From Bacteroidales bacterium (GTDB lineage: Bacteria > Bacteroidota > Bacteroidia > Bacteroidales > UBA4181), in contig JAVBNI010000084.1 of NCBI GenBank assembly GCA_031551645.1, positions 917-64,916 on the forward strand: DNA of 64,000 bases, read 5' to 3'. Numbering within the stretch: the stretch's first letter is position 1; each line of letters starts with the position of its first letter. Positions 45,852 to 55,210 of this stretch are shown in pieces. A program made the position numbers and the translations under genes. The notes beneath the pieces were generated by a model. The model did no database searches, had not been told where the DNA came from, and worked only from the letters and a program-made list of their open reading frames with translations.

Positions 45852-47834
45852 ATGAATTTTCTGGTAATATTTATTATCACCGCTTTTCTGGTTTTGTTGA
45901 CAGTACCGTTTATTCCAAACCGGTATAAAGGTTACGCAGCTTTGGTCGCATCGTTGTGGATTGCTGTCATTTCGACGGTTATGTCAATAGCAGCCTTGTT
46001 GGGACAGGAAATCAGTTTTACACTGGTGACCAGCTTTATCTGGGGAAATATTCCTTTTGCCATTGACTCATTATCGGCATGGTTTATACTAATTATAAAT
46101 TTAATCGTTGTCCCGGGTGTGTGGTATGCCCCGGGGTATTTAAAGGACTATGAACAGTCGGCAAACCTCAGTCTCCATTATGTAATGCTGGTTTGGGTAC
46201 ATCTTTCGATGGTCCTGGTATGCATGGTACAAAGCGGACTGGCATTTCTATTTGTGTGGGAAATCATGTCCTTGTCATCATTCCTGTTGGTCATATTCGA
46301 CAACCAGCAACATAGCGTCCTGAAAGCAGGTTTAAATTATCTGGTACAAATGCATATTTCTGTTATTTGCCTGATGATTGCTTTCCTGGTGGTTTATCAA
46401 AACGAAGGTGGGTTTGAATTTTCCCGGATCGGCGAATACTTTACCCAACATAACAATATTCCCTTGTTTTTGCTGTTTTTTGTGGGTTTTGGTTTCAAGG
46501 CCGGTATTATCCCGCTTCATACATGGTTACCTCATGCGCATCCGGCAGCGCCGTCGCATGTATCGGGCATCATGTCGGGCGTGATTGTCAAAATGGGAAT
46601 TTACGGAATTTTCCGCATGGTTACCTTCCTGCAAACCGACCTATTACTCATTGGCAATATCGTGATGATAACCGGAATAATCACCGGTGTATATGGTATC
46701 CTGCATGCTTCTGTCCAGAAAGACATCAAACGGCTATTGGCATATTGTACGATTGAGAATGTGGGATTGATTGTAATGGGTATTGGCCTGGGGCTGATCG
46801 GACAACATACGGATAATGCTTTCCTGGTGATGGCCGGATATGGCAGCGCCTTATTCCATGTATTGAATCATGCGCTGTCCAAGGCATTGCTATTTTTCGG
46901 CGCCGGCGCAGTCTATCAGTCCACACATACGCGGAACATGGACAGAATGGGCGGTTTGGCGAAAATAATGCCCAAATCAGCCGGACTTTTCCTGATTGGT
47001 TCATTGGCAATAGCGGGTTTGCCGCCACTTAACGGCTTTTTATCCGAGTTCATTCTTTTTTTCGGATTTATCAAAGGAGTAATGCTTCCTGACACCACTG
47101 AAAGTATCATTATTATATTGGGAGTCACAGCCATTGCACTTATCGGCGGTTTATCCGTGCTTACTTTCACCAAAATATACGGTTCGATGTTTCTCGGGAC
47201 ACCGCGGACTCCTCTCCCACCCGACATACATGAACCTTCAGTGAAAATGCGCCGACCGCAATATGTATTGATAGCCGTCATGTTGCTGGTAGTTCTGTTA
47301 CCGTTCGCAGTATTTGGCATCGTATTCGGAGTTATTTCTTCTACGTTCGGCTTATGGGAATTTCATCCTGATATTGCCGGATTTACCGGACTTTTACAAA
47401 AGGTAAGTCTTGTATTGGTGATGTTCCTTGCACTGGTGATTGCGGTAATGTCCCTTCGAAACATGGCAACACGCCGTCTTCCCGAACGACAGGGCGATAC
47501 CTGGGGTTGCGGAAGCCAGCAACCAAGTACACGGATGCAATACACTGCCAGCTCGTTTACCAAACCTATGGGTAAATTATTTGGTTCGCTATTACCTGTC
47601 CGCAAAAACTATAAACGTGTTCCCCGTGAAGAGATATTTCCCAAACAAGCGCGTTATGCCTATACATACGATGATTGGGTGGAAGCAAGACTCATCCGTC
47701 CCATTGCCCGGCTGGTGAATCGTTTTTCATCCATCACCCTGCGCATACAGGATGGACGTCTGCAATGGTATATCCTATACGGATTATTGTTTATTCTTAT
47801 CATTATCCTGTTGACATGGTTGAAACTGATGTAA
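45852..47834 (+). CDS. HyfB/NuoL-like proton-conducting antiporter-type membrane subunit
   Basis: 660 aa and polytopic. The Mrp/complex-I antiporter core motifs are present (GFKAGIIPLHTWLPHAHPAAPSHVSG, LLAYCTIENVG). Confidence 0.8.
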   Translation: MNFLVIFIITAFLVLLTVPFIPNRYKGYAALVASLWIAVISTVMSIAALLGQEISFTLVTSFIWGNIPFAIDSLSAWFILIINLIVVPGVWYAPGYLKDYEQSANLSLHYVMLVWVHLSMVLVCMVQSGLAFLFVWEIMSLSSFLLVIFDNQQHSVLKAGLNYLVQMHISVICLMIAFLVVYQNEGGFEFSRIGEYFTQHNNIPLFLLFFVGFGFKAGIIPLHTWLPHAHPAAPSHVSGIMSGVIVKMGIYGIFRMVTFLQTDLLLIGNIVMITGIITGVYGILHASVQKDIKRLLAYCTIENVGLIVMGIGLGLIGQHTDNAFLVMAGYGSALFHVLNHALSKALLFFGAGAVYQSTHTRNMDRMGGLAKIMPKSAGLFLIGSLAIAGLPPLNGFLSEFILFFGFIKGVMLPDTTESIIIILGVTAIALIGGLSVLTFTKIYGSMFLGTPRTPLPPDIHEPSVKMRRPQYVLIAVMLLVVLLPFAVFGIVFGVISSTFGLWEFHPDIAGFTGLLQKVSLVLVMFLALVIAVMSLRNMATRRLPERQGDTWGCGSQQPSTRMQYTASSFTKPMGKLFGSLLPVRKNYKRVPREEIFPKQARYAYTYDDWVEARLIRPIARLVNRFSSITLRIQDGRLQWYILYGLLFILIIILLTWLKLM

Positions 47835-47886
47835 TGGTTAACCACAAATATTTGAAGGAATCTATGTTTTACGGTTTTCCTTCTTT

Positions 47887-48813
47887 ATGGTTCAAAAAAG
47901 AAGCTGCATGTTAAGTTTTATTCTCATCCTTATTGCCAGTCTGTATTTTTCAGGAGTCATCATCCGCACCAAGAGTATTCTTGCAGGACGTAAGGGCCCG
48001 GGTATCATGCAACCGATATACGATTACGCTCGATTGTTTCGTAAAGGAGCGGTGTACAGCCATACGACCAGCCCGATATTCCGCCTGGCGCCTGTAATTT
48101 ATTTTTCCGCAGTGCTATTTTCAGCCTTATTGGTACCGTTTGGTAGCAGCAAAGGGATGCTTTCGTTTGAAGGCGACTTTGTTGTTTTCGCTTATTTATT
48201 GGCTGTTGGTAAATTTTTCATGGTACTGATGGCTTTGGATACAGGTAGCAGTTTCGAAGGAATGGGCGCCAGCCGCGAAGCTTTGTTTTCGTTATTGGTC
48301 GAACCGGCATTTTTCATTCTGATCGGTTCATTTGCCTTACTCACCGGACACACATCATTCTATGACATCTATGCAGCGTTCCACTTTTCAGGCCCTGTGT
48401 CTTATGCCATGGCTGTGCTGGCCGGGTTTGTGTTATTGCTGATTGTTGCCATCGAGAATAGCCGTATGCCGGTCGATGATCCCAAAACACACCTCGAACT
48501 GACCATGATACATGAAGTGATAATTTTGGATAACAGCGGATTCGACCTCGGCCTCATCATGTATGCCGGAACGCTGAAATTTGCCATATACGGTTCGCTT
48601 ATTGCCAATTTTTTCATGGACCATTCATGGCCGTATTATGTTTTCATACCGGTATTTTTTGCGATCCAAATGTTGTTTGCCATCATCATCGGATGCATCG
48701 AATCGTTCGGTATCCGTTTCCGCATGAGCCACAATTCCCAGTTTATTTTCACATTAACATCGGTCAGCCTGTTGATATTCTTCGGAGTATTGTTAATGCT
48801 GGGAAAATTATAA
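47887..48813 (+). CDS. HyfC/HycD/NuoH-like membrane subunit
   Basis: GRKGPGIMQPIYDYARLFRKG matches the NuoH/HycD N-terminal loop. An alternative start lies at 47908 (MLSFILILIAS). Confidence 0.8.
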   Translation: MVQKRSCMLSFILILIASLYFSGVIIRTKSILAGRKGPGIMQPIYDYARLFRKGAVYSHTTSPIFRLAPVIYFSAVLFSALLVPFGSSKGMLSFEGDFVVFAYLLAVGKFFMVLMALDTGSSFEGMGASREALFSLLVEPAFFILIGSFALLTGHTSFYDIYAAFHFSGPVSYAMAVLAGFVLLLIVAIENSRMPVDDPKTHLELTMIHEVIILDNSGFDLGLIMYAGTLKFAIYGSLIANFFMDHSWPYYVFIPVFFAIQMLFAIIIGCIESFGIRFRMSHNSQFIFTLTSVSLLIFFGVLLMLGKL

Positions 48814-48814
48814 A

Positions 48815-48854
48815 ATTCCATGATTCAATGATTCAACAATTCAACAATTCAACA
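48815..48854. repeat. 8-nt tandem repeat (attccatg attcaatg attcaaca x3) filling the hyfC-hyfE spacer
   Basis: Five units lie directly between the stop at 48811-13 and the ATG at 48860. Confidence 0.7.
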
Positions 48855-48859
48855 ATAAT

Positions 48860-49489
48860 ATGACTCACGTTTTACTGGTTGTTTTTTCGATAACGCTTCT
48901 CTACATAGGGATAGCCAACCGCCTGTTTACTTACATCAATATCCTGATGTTGCAGGGAGTGATATTGTTTGGGGTTGCATACATCCAACTTCACGACATG
49001 AGTTGGGGTAACCTGGCATTCGTCCTGTTGGAAACGATCATCTTTAAAGCTCTGGTTATTCCGTTGTTTTTAAAAAATATCATCCGTAAAAACGGTATTA
49101 CGCGCGAAGCCGAACCTTTTGTTTCCAACTTCGTATCCCTGATCATCATCACCTTATTGATTGTCGGATCTTTCCTCGGAGCCAGCATGATCAACATGGG
49201 CGACCTGGATATCGTATTTTTTGTGGTGGCTATCTCTACCGTATTCGTGGGATTGTTCATTATCATATCCCGTAAAAAGCTGATCACCCATGTGATGGCA
49301 TATTTAATACTTGAAAATGGTATTTTTATTCTCTCGCTGGCTGTAGGAAACGAAATGCCGGTCCTAGTCAATAGCGGTATCCTGCTGGACATTTTCGTCA
49401 GCATCCTGGTTCTGGGTATTTTCGTAAATAAGGTAGGTGACGTGTTCAAGGAAACAGATGTCGAACAACTGAATCAACTAAGGGACTAA
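48860..49489 (+). CDS. HyfE/NuoK-like membrane subunit
   Basis: 209 aa. AYLILENGIFILSLA corresponds to the conserved GYCLMENG region of HyfE. The C-terminal DVEQLNQLRD resembles the HyfE tail. Confidence 0.75.
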   Translation: MTHVLLVVFSITLLYIGIANRLFTYINILMLQGVILFGVAYIQLHDMSWGNLAFVLLETIIFKALVIPLFLKNIIRKNGITREAEPFVSNFVSLIIITLLIVGSFLGASMINMGDLDIVFFVVAISTVFVGLFIIISRKKLITHVMAYLILENGIFILSLAVGNEMPVLVNSGILLDIFVSILVLGIFVNKVGDVFKETDVEQLNQLRD

Positions 49490-49499
49490 TCGGAAAATC

Positions 49500-50921
49500 A
49501 TGATCATTGCATATTTTATTGGCGTTGTTTTGCTTGGAGGAATGTTTCTCTTCCTGAGAAGCGAGCGTACGCAACATATTTTGGCAGGTATTTTCATTTT
49601 GTTGCAATGGGGTTTTACCGGTCTCGAAATACACAGGTTGAATCATATCGGTTTCGACTTTTTCACGCCCGACGCTTTGGGGGTACTTTTTCTGACAATA
49701 CTCAGCTTTTTGACGCTTCCGGCATATTACCACAGCTTCGTGTATCTGGAGAAAAACAATGAACAGGTGCGCATCCGGAATTTCTACCTGTCGGCATTGA
49801 CGTTCTTTTGCGGAGCCATGAGCGGGGTATATTTATCCAATCATGTCGGAATGACTTGGATTTTCATAGAGTTAACCACCATTGCTTCCTGCATACTGAT
49901 ATACCACCACCGTACACCAGAAGCATTGGAAGCAACCTGGAAATATATTTTTGTTTGTTCGGTAAGTATTGCCTTGTCATTTATCGGGGTTTTGCTTCTG
50001 AGTATTGCGGTAACCAAAGCCGGACTGGAAGATTTTACTTACCATGAACTGGTGGAACATGCGCCGGAACTTGATCCGTTCTGGCTGAAAATCGGATTTC
50101 TGTTCCTTTTCTCCGGTTATACGGTCAAAGCTGGTTTGTTTCCTATGTTCACGGCCGGCGTAGATGCCAAGGATCAGGCGCCAACTCCTGCCGCCGCCTT
50201 ATTGGCAACCTGTCTCTGCAATGGTGGTTTTGTAGCTATTTTCCGTATTTTTCAAATAATCAATCACAACGAAAGCGGCATATGGGCACAGAAGGTGATT
50301 CTGATCAGTGCGATACTGTCTGTGTCCATTGCAGCATATTACATGGTACGTACTAAAGGCTACAAGAGGTTGCTGGCATATTCGGGTGTCGAACATATCG
50401 GACTGGCAGCCATCGGCTTGGCCATGGGCGGGCAAGGTTATTTTGCCGCCTTACTGCACATTGTTTTGCATTCGTTTGTGAAATCAGCCCTGTTTTTCCA
50501 GTTCGGACAGGTGTCATATATCTACAAGTCTGTTAATAAACACGATGTGGGCAACTATTTCCGGATAAATGTCTGGGGAGGGTTGGTATTGCTTATCGGA
50601 TTTTTTTGTATCACTGCTATGCCGCCATCCGGATTGTTTGTCAGCGAATCTATTATTTTCCTGTCGATGCTCGATCATCAACACATGATATTGATGGTTG
50701 TTGTTATGCTGCTACTCACCATTATCATCTGGTCGCTCGGACGTAGCATATTCAGTTTGCTGTTCACGCCCAAGAAATTTGTTCCTTTGGATATTGTTCG
50801 TCCCCCGTTTTTTGAATCTATTTCACAATATGTCTTGTTGGGCTTGGTAATTTGGTTTGGGATCTATCCTCCCGACTTTTTTATCCGTATCCTGACTGAA
50901 ATCATCATACATCTGGCATAA
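49500..50921 (+). CDS. HyfF/NuoN-like antiporter-type membrane subunit
   Basis: 473 aa and polytopic. It has GYTVKAGLFPMFTAGVDAKDQAPTPAAALL and LLAYSGVEHIG (complex-I M/N-type motifs). Confidence 0.8.
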   Translation: MIIAYFIGVVLLGGMFLFLRSERTQHILAGIFILLQWGFTGLEIHRLNHIGFDFFTPDALGVLFLTILSFLTLPAYYHSFVYLEKNNEQVRIRNFYLSALTFFCGAMSGVYLSNHVGMTWIFIELTTIASCILIYHHRTPEALEATWKYIFVCSVSIALSFIGVLLLSIAVTKAGLEDFTYHELVEHAPELDPFWLKIGFLFLFSGYTVKAGLFPMFTAGVDAKDQAPTPAAALLATCLCNGGFVAIFRIFQIINHNESGIWAQKVILISAILSVSIAAYYMVRTKGYKRLLAYSGVEHIGLAAIGLAMGGQGYFAALLHIVLHSFVKSALFFQFGQVSYIYKSVNKHDVGNYFRINVWGGLVLLIGFFCITAMPPSGLFVSESIIFLSMLDHQHMILMVVVMLLLTIIIWSLGRSIFSLLFTPKKFVPLDIVRPPFFESISQYVLLGLVIWFGIYPPDFFIRILTEIIIHLA

Positions 50922-50945
50922 CAAGAATTCCAAGAAAATCAGCCT

Positions 50946-52181
50946 ATGGCGCTTAATTATATCTGGATCGGTTTTTTCATAATAGCTTTTGTAGTAGCGA
51001 TTGTTCGTTTTGCTGTCACAGGCGATACGGAAATTTTCAAAACAATTATCGACAGCACATTCAGTTCATCCAAAACTGCTGTAATGGATATTGCCTTGCC
51101 GCTTACCGGTGTCATGGTGCTATGGCTAGGATTGATGAATATTGGCGAAAAAGCCGGAGCGGTAAATTTCCTGGCGCGTATCGTCGGACCATTTTTCAAC
51201 CGCCTATTTCCCGAATTACCCAAGAAAAGTCCTGTCTTCGGACAAATGTTGATGAATTTTTCGGCCAATATGCTTGGATTGGATAATGCCGCCACACCGC
51301 TTGGATTAAAAGCCATGCAAGGACTTCAAGACCTGAATCCTAAAAAAGATACAGCCTCCAATGCCCAAATCATGTTCCTGGTAATCAACACATCGGGCTT
51401 AACTATCATTCCTGTGAGTATCCTTGCCCAACGGGCAATACTTGGAGCCACAAATCCTACGGATATCTTCATACCTGTCCTGATAGCTACGGCTGTCTCT
51501 ACGTTGGTGGGCATGATCATAGTAGCCTTACGGCAACGGATTAACCTGCTCGACCCTGTTATGATAGGTTGGCTGGGCGGAATTATTATGGCCATTGGCG
51601 GACTTACCTGGTGGATTGGCAGTTTGGAAAAAGACCAGATTGAAATAGTATCGAAAGTGGGAAGCAACTTATTGCTTATCTTGATTATCGGTATATTCAT
51701 TGTTGGCGCTGTCTTCAAAAGAGTAAACGTATACGATGCATTCATAGAAGGCGCAAAAAACGGCTTTGATGTCACGATCAAAATTATTCCCTATTTAGTT
51801 GGCATGTTGGTAGGGATTGCTATATTCCGCGCTTCGGGCACTATGGATTATATTATTGACGGGCTGGGCTGGGGTTTCGGCAAAATGGGCTTGAATACCG
51901 ATTTTGTTGCGGCGTTACCCACTGCTTTTATGAAGCCATTGAGTGGTAGTGGAGCTAAGGCCATGATGGTCGAGTCAATGATTCATTATGGCCCGGATTC
52001 TTTTGTGGGGCGACTTTCATGTCTTTTCCAGGGAGCAGCAGATACTACTTTCTACATCGTTGCGTTGTATTTTGGGTCGGTGGGCATCCGCAAGACCCGT
52101 TACGCTGTTACTGCCGGTCTGATGGCCGATTTGGCCGGAGTAATCGCAGCCATCGTGCTGGCTTACTTGTTTTTTGCATAG
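50946..52181 (+). CDS. Nucleoside-recognition (Gate) domain membrane protein, SpmA/SpmB-like fusion
   Basis: 411 aa. Motifs GLMNIGEKAGAVNFLARIV and NMLGLDNAATPLGLKAM are typical of SpmA/nucleoside-recognition domains. It starts only 24 nt after the hyfF-like gene. Confidence 0.7.
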   Translation: MALNYIWIGFFIIAFVVAIVRFAVTGDTEIFKTIIDSTFSSSKTAVMDIALPLTGVMVLWLGLMNIGEKAGAVNFLARIVGPFFNRLFPELPKKSPVFGQMLMNFSANMLGLDNAATPLGLKAMQGLQDLNPKKDTASNAQIMFLVINTSGLTIIPVSILAQRAILGATNPTDIFIPVLIATAVSTLVGMIIVALRQRINLLDPVMIGWLGGIIMAIGGLTWWIGSLEKDQIEIVSKVGSNLLLILIIGIFIVGAVFKRVNVYDAFIEGAKNGFDVTIKIIPYLVGMLVGIAIFRASGTMDYIIDGLGWGFGKMGLNTDFVAALPTAFMKPLSGSGAKAMMVESMIHYGPDSFVGRLSCLFQGAADTTFYIVALYFGSVGIRKTRYAVTAGLMADLAGVIAAIVLAYLFFA

Positions 52182-52264
52182 AAAAACAGGCAATGGTTAA
52201 TGATAAAGGGCTAATGATAAATGATGTAAAATACAGAAAATAAGACTTAAACAAATTAAAAAAA

Positions 52265-52330
52265 TGTCGAACATTTCTTGTAAAGTACTTATTAGGTACG
52301 CTGCAACACATGTTCGACACTTTTATTTAT
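52265..52330 (+). terminator. Long hairpin plus T-rich tract after the spmAB-like gene
   Basis: Stem tgtcgaacat (52265-74) / atgttcgaca (52310-19) with a 35-nt loop, followed by cttttatttattt. Confidence 0.35.
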
Positions 52331-52364
52331 TTATACAACACTGATTTTATGCGCATTGTGCGCT

Positions 52365-52399
52365 AATTCTCAATTCTCAATTCTCAATTCTCAATTACT
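52365..52399. repeat. Heptamer tandem repeat aattctc x4 plus aattact
   Basis: Four perfect units lie at 52365-52392. The unit is the reverse complement of the gagaatt units at 55209-55243. Confidence 0.85.
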
Positions 52400-52424
52400 T
52401 ACATGAAATAGATTAATTTTGTGA

Positions 52425-52450
52425 ACCGGGTTTAATACCCGGTAATTTTT
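52425..52450 (+). terminator. GC-stem hairpin plus T-run upstream of dnaG
   Basis: Stem accggg (52425-30) / cccggt (52438-43) with a 7-nt loop, followed by aattttt. Confidence 0.45.
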
Positions 52451-52489
52451 CTAATCCCGTTAAATACAATATAATCGGACAATCGAAGA

Positions 52490-54478
52490 ATGATAGACAG
52501 AGCTACCATAGATCGGATATTTGACACGGCACGTATTGTCGACGTGGTGGAAGAATTCGTAGCACTCAAACGGAGAGGCATCAACTATATGGGGTGCTGC
52601 CCTTTCCACAATGAGCGTACGCCTTCGTTCGTGGTATCGCCTGCAAAAAATATCTACAAATGTTTCGGATGTGGTAAGGCCGGCAATGCGGTCAATTTCA
52701 TCATGGAACACGAACATCTCAGCTATCCCGATGCATTACGCTATCTGGCAAAAAAATACAATATCGAGATTGTTGAAAAGGAACAGACTCCTGAAGAACA
52801 ACAATTGAGCGATCGCCGTGAAAGTCTGATGGTGGTTACATCGTATGCAGCACGTACCTTTCAGGACAACCTGCTCAACAGCCGTGAAGGTATGGCTATC
52901 GGGTTGAGCTATTTCAAGGAACGCGGGTTCCGCGAAGATACGATCAAAAAATTTGAACTCGGTTACTGTTTCGAAGCGCGCGATGCGTTTACCCGCAAAG
53001 CGTTGAAAGATGGCTATAAAGAAGAGTTCCTGGCGGAAACAGGGTTGAGTATCCAGGGTGAACATGGCGTTTTTGATCGTTTTGCCGGACGCGTAATGTT
53101 CCCCATCCACAGCTTTGCCGGTAAAATCATCGCCTTTGGCGGACGCGTACTCAAAACGGACAAGAAAACGGCCAAGTATCTTAATTCACCCGAATCGGAA
53201 ATTTACTACAAGAGCCGGGTGCTCTACGGGATTTTCCAGGCAAGGAATAGCATTGCCAAAAACGGGAAATGTTTTCTGGTGGAAGGATACACCGACGTCA
53301 TTTCGATGCATCAGGCAGGAATTGAGAATGTAGTAGCATCGTCGGGGACTTCGCTGACCGTCGAACAGATACAATTGATCAAGCGTTTCACGCCCAACAT
53401 CACGGTTTTGTATGATGGGGATCCGGCAGGTATTAAAGCTTCGTTACGCGGAATAGACCTCATTCTCCAAGAGGATATGAACGTGAAAGTACTACTTCTG
53501 CCCAATGGCGAAGATCCCGACTCGTTTTCCCGAACACACAGTGTTACCGAACTGGAAGAATATATCAGGAATAACGAAACGGATTTCATTACTTTCAAGG
53601 CCCGACTGTTATTGGACGATGCTAAAGATGATCCGATTAAACGGGCAGAACTGATCACTGATGTGGTACAGTCCATCGCGCTTATTCCTAAGGCTATTAC
53701 ACGATCAGTCTATCTGAAGGAATGTGCCCGTATGTTCGAAATGGACGAACAAATGCTCTCCGAAACGGTAGAACTGATGCGGCATAAAAAGGCTGCAGAA
53801 CAACACAAAAGGGACATCAGGCAGGCCAAAACCGGAACCGAAAACACAGCTGCCCAGGTTGAATCTCCGACTGAAACAACCGGCCCCGCTATAGAAATAA
53901 AACCGGAACAAACACAAGCCAACAGGGAGGTCGAACTGGCCGAACGGGAAATTATACGCCTGATGCTCAGTTACGGCGACAGAATATTGTACGAGATAGA
54001 TGAGGAAACCGGAGAAATAAATATTACCGTGGCCGATTACCTGATCCATGAATTACGTTTCGACGAACTGGATTTGCAACATCCCACATTACGAAACATA
54101 TTCGAAGAATATGAACAACTAATATCAAACGGAGCAGTAGCCAGCGAAAAGCATTTTGTTCAACATCCCGATCCGGAAATAAGCAGCTTGGTTGCAGGTC
54201 TTATCGAAACAAAATATGTATTGAGTAATATCCATAGTAAAACCGGGATAACCGTCAAAACCGAAGAAAATAATCTCAGCTATGTAGTCCCGATGAGTGT
54301 ACTGGCATATAAAAACAAACGGGTAATGATGCGATTGAAAGAAATATCTGTTGCCATTCAGCAAGCCGAAGCCGACCAGTCAACAGAACGCCTGACTGAA
54401 CTTTGCACCCAGTATATGAATTTATCGGAAGTAAAAAAACAATTAGGAAAAACTCTGGGAAAAAGAATTCTTAATTAA
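52490..54478 (+). CDS. dnaG: DNA primase
   Basis: Zinc-ribbon CPFHNERTPSFVVSPAKNIYKCFGCGKAG, TOPRIM EGYTDVIS and YDGDPAG. 662 aa. Confidence 0.95.
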   Translation: MIDRATIDRIFDTARIVDVVEEFVALKRRGINYMGCCPFHNERTPSFVVSPAKNIYKCFGCGKAGNAVNFIMEHEHLSYPDALRYLAKKYNIEIVEKEQTPEEQQLSDRRESLMVVTSYAARTFQDNLLNSREGMAIGLSYFKERGFREDTIKKFELGYCFEARDAFTRKALKDGYKEEFLAETGLSIQGEHGVFDRFAGRVMFPIHSFAGKIIAFGGRVLKTDKKTAKYLNSPESEIYYKSRVLYGIFQARNSIAKNGKCFLVEGYTDVISMHQAGIENVVASSGTSLTVEQIQLIKRFTPNITVLYDGDPAGIKASLRGIDLILQEDMNVKVLLLPNGEDPDSFSRTHSVTELEEYIRNNETDFITFKARLLLDDAKDDPIKRAELITDVVQSIALIPKAITRSVYLKECARMFEMDEQMLSETVELMRHKKAAEQHKRDIRQAKTGTENTAAQVESPTETTGPAIEIKPEQTQANREVELAEREIIRLMLSYGDRILYEIDEETGEINITVADYLIHELRFDELDLQHPTLRNIFEEYEQLISNGAVASEKHFVQHPDPEISSLVAGLIETKYVLSNIHSKTGITVKTEENNLSYVVPMSVLAYKNKRVMMRLKEISVAIQQAEADQSTERLTELCTQYMNLSEVKKQLGKTLGKRILN

Positions 54479-54508
54479 AGATCAATCATCGAAAATACCA
54501 TTCACTTC

Positions 54509-55210
54509 ATGAGGGGATTTATATTTGATTATGGTGGAACCATAGATACAAACGGCATTCATTGGGCGGAAGTGCTTCGTCATGCCTATGAAGTCAGCGG
54601 CTTTCAGGTCGACAATGATTTGTTTCGTCATGCCTATGTACACGGTGAGCGGACACTTGCCCTGAATCCCATCATCCAAAACACATTCACTTTCAAGCAA
54701 ACATTGGAAGCCAAAGTAGCGATCCAGCTCCAATACATCGCAGAACAACAGCAACGTACTATAGATGAATTGAATCGTCTTTATTCCGCAAATATCGTAT
54801 CCTGGTGTGATGATTTTGTCAAAAAAACCATCGGAGATACCGGAAAGGTACTGGAACAACTCAGCAGGAAGTTCCCGTTGGTTCTGGTTTCCAACTTTTA
54901 CGGAAATATTCATTCCGTATTAGAGGATTACGGGATTGATCATTACTTTTGCGGCATAGTTGAATCGGCTGTTGTTGGTGTGCGTAAACCTGATCCTGCC
55001 ATATTCCGCCTGGGTGTAGAGAAGTTGGGATTCTCCCCCGGAGAAATTGTCGTTGTGGGCGATTCGTTGTCCAAAGACATTGTTCCGGCCAAACAAACCG
55101 GATGCCACACCGTATGGTTGAAAGGTCCGGGATGGGATCATTCCGGCGATATCCAATGTGCAGACGAAACCATTACGGATCTTTCCGAACTTGTATCATT
55201 ATGTAATTGA
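54509..55210 (+). CDS. HAD-superfamily hydrolase
   Basis: Motif I is FIFDYGGTID (DxG variant of DxD). Motif II is LVSNF. Motif III/IV is K...VVVGDSLSKD. Confidence 0.8.
   Translation: MRGFIFDYGGTIDTNGIHWAEVLRHAYEVSGFQVDNDLFRHAYVHGERTLALNPIIQNTFTFKQTLEAKVAIQLQYIAEQQQRTIDELNRLYSANIVSWCDDFVKKTIGDTGKVLEQLSRKFPLVLVSNFYGNIHSVLEDYGIDHYFCGIVESAVVGVRKPDPAIFRLGVEKLGFSPGEIVVVGDSLSKDIVPAKQTGCHTVWLKGPGWDHSGDIQCADETITDLSELVSLCN

Noticed and set aside
48991-51781. Several 95-152-aa minus-strand ORFs opposite the hyfE/hyfF-like and spmAB-like genes.
   Set aside because: They are antisense shadows of hydrophobic membrane-protein genes. The codon mirror of Leu/Ile/Phe-rich genes commonly stays open.
52365-52399. 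Possibility that the short tandem repeats are CRISPR arrays.
   Set aside because: The units are 7-8 nt with no spacers, far below CRISPR repeat size, and no cas genes are in the window.
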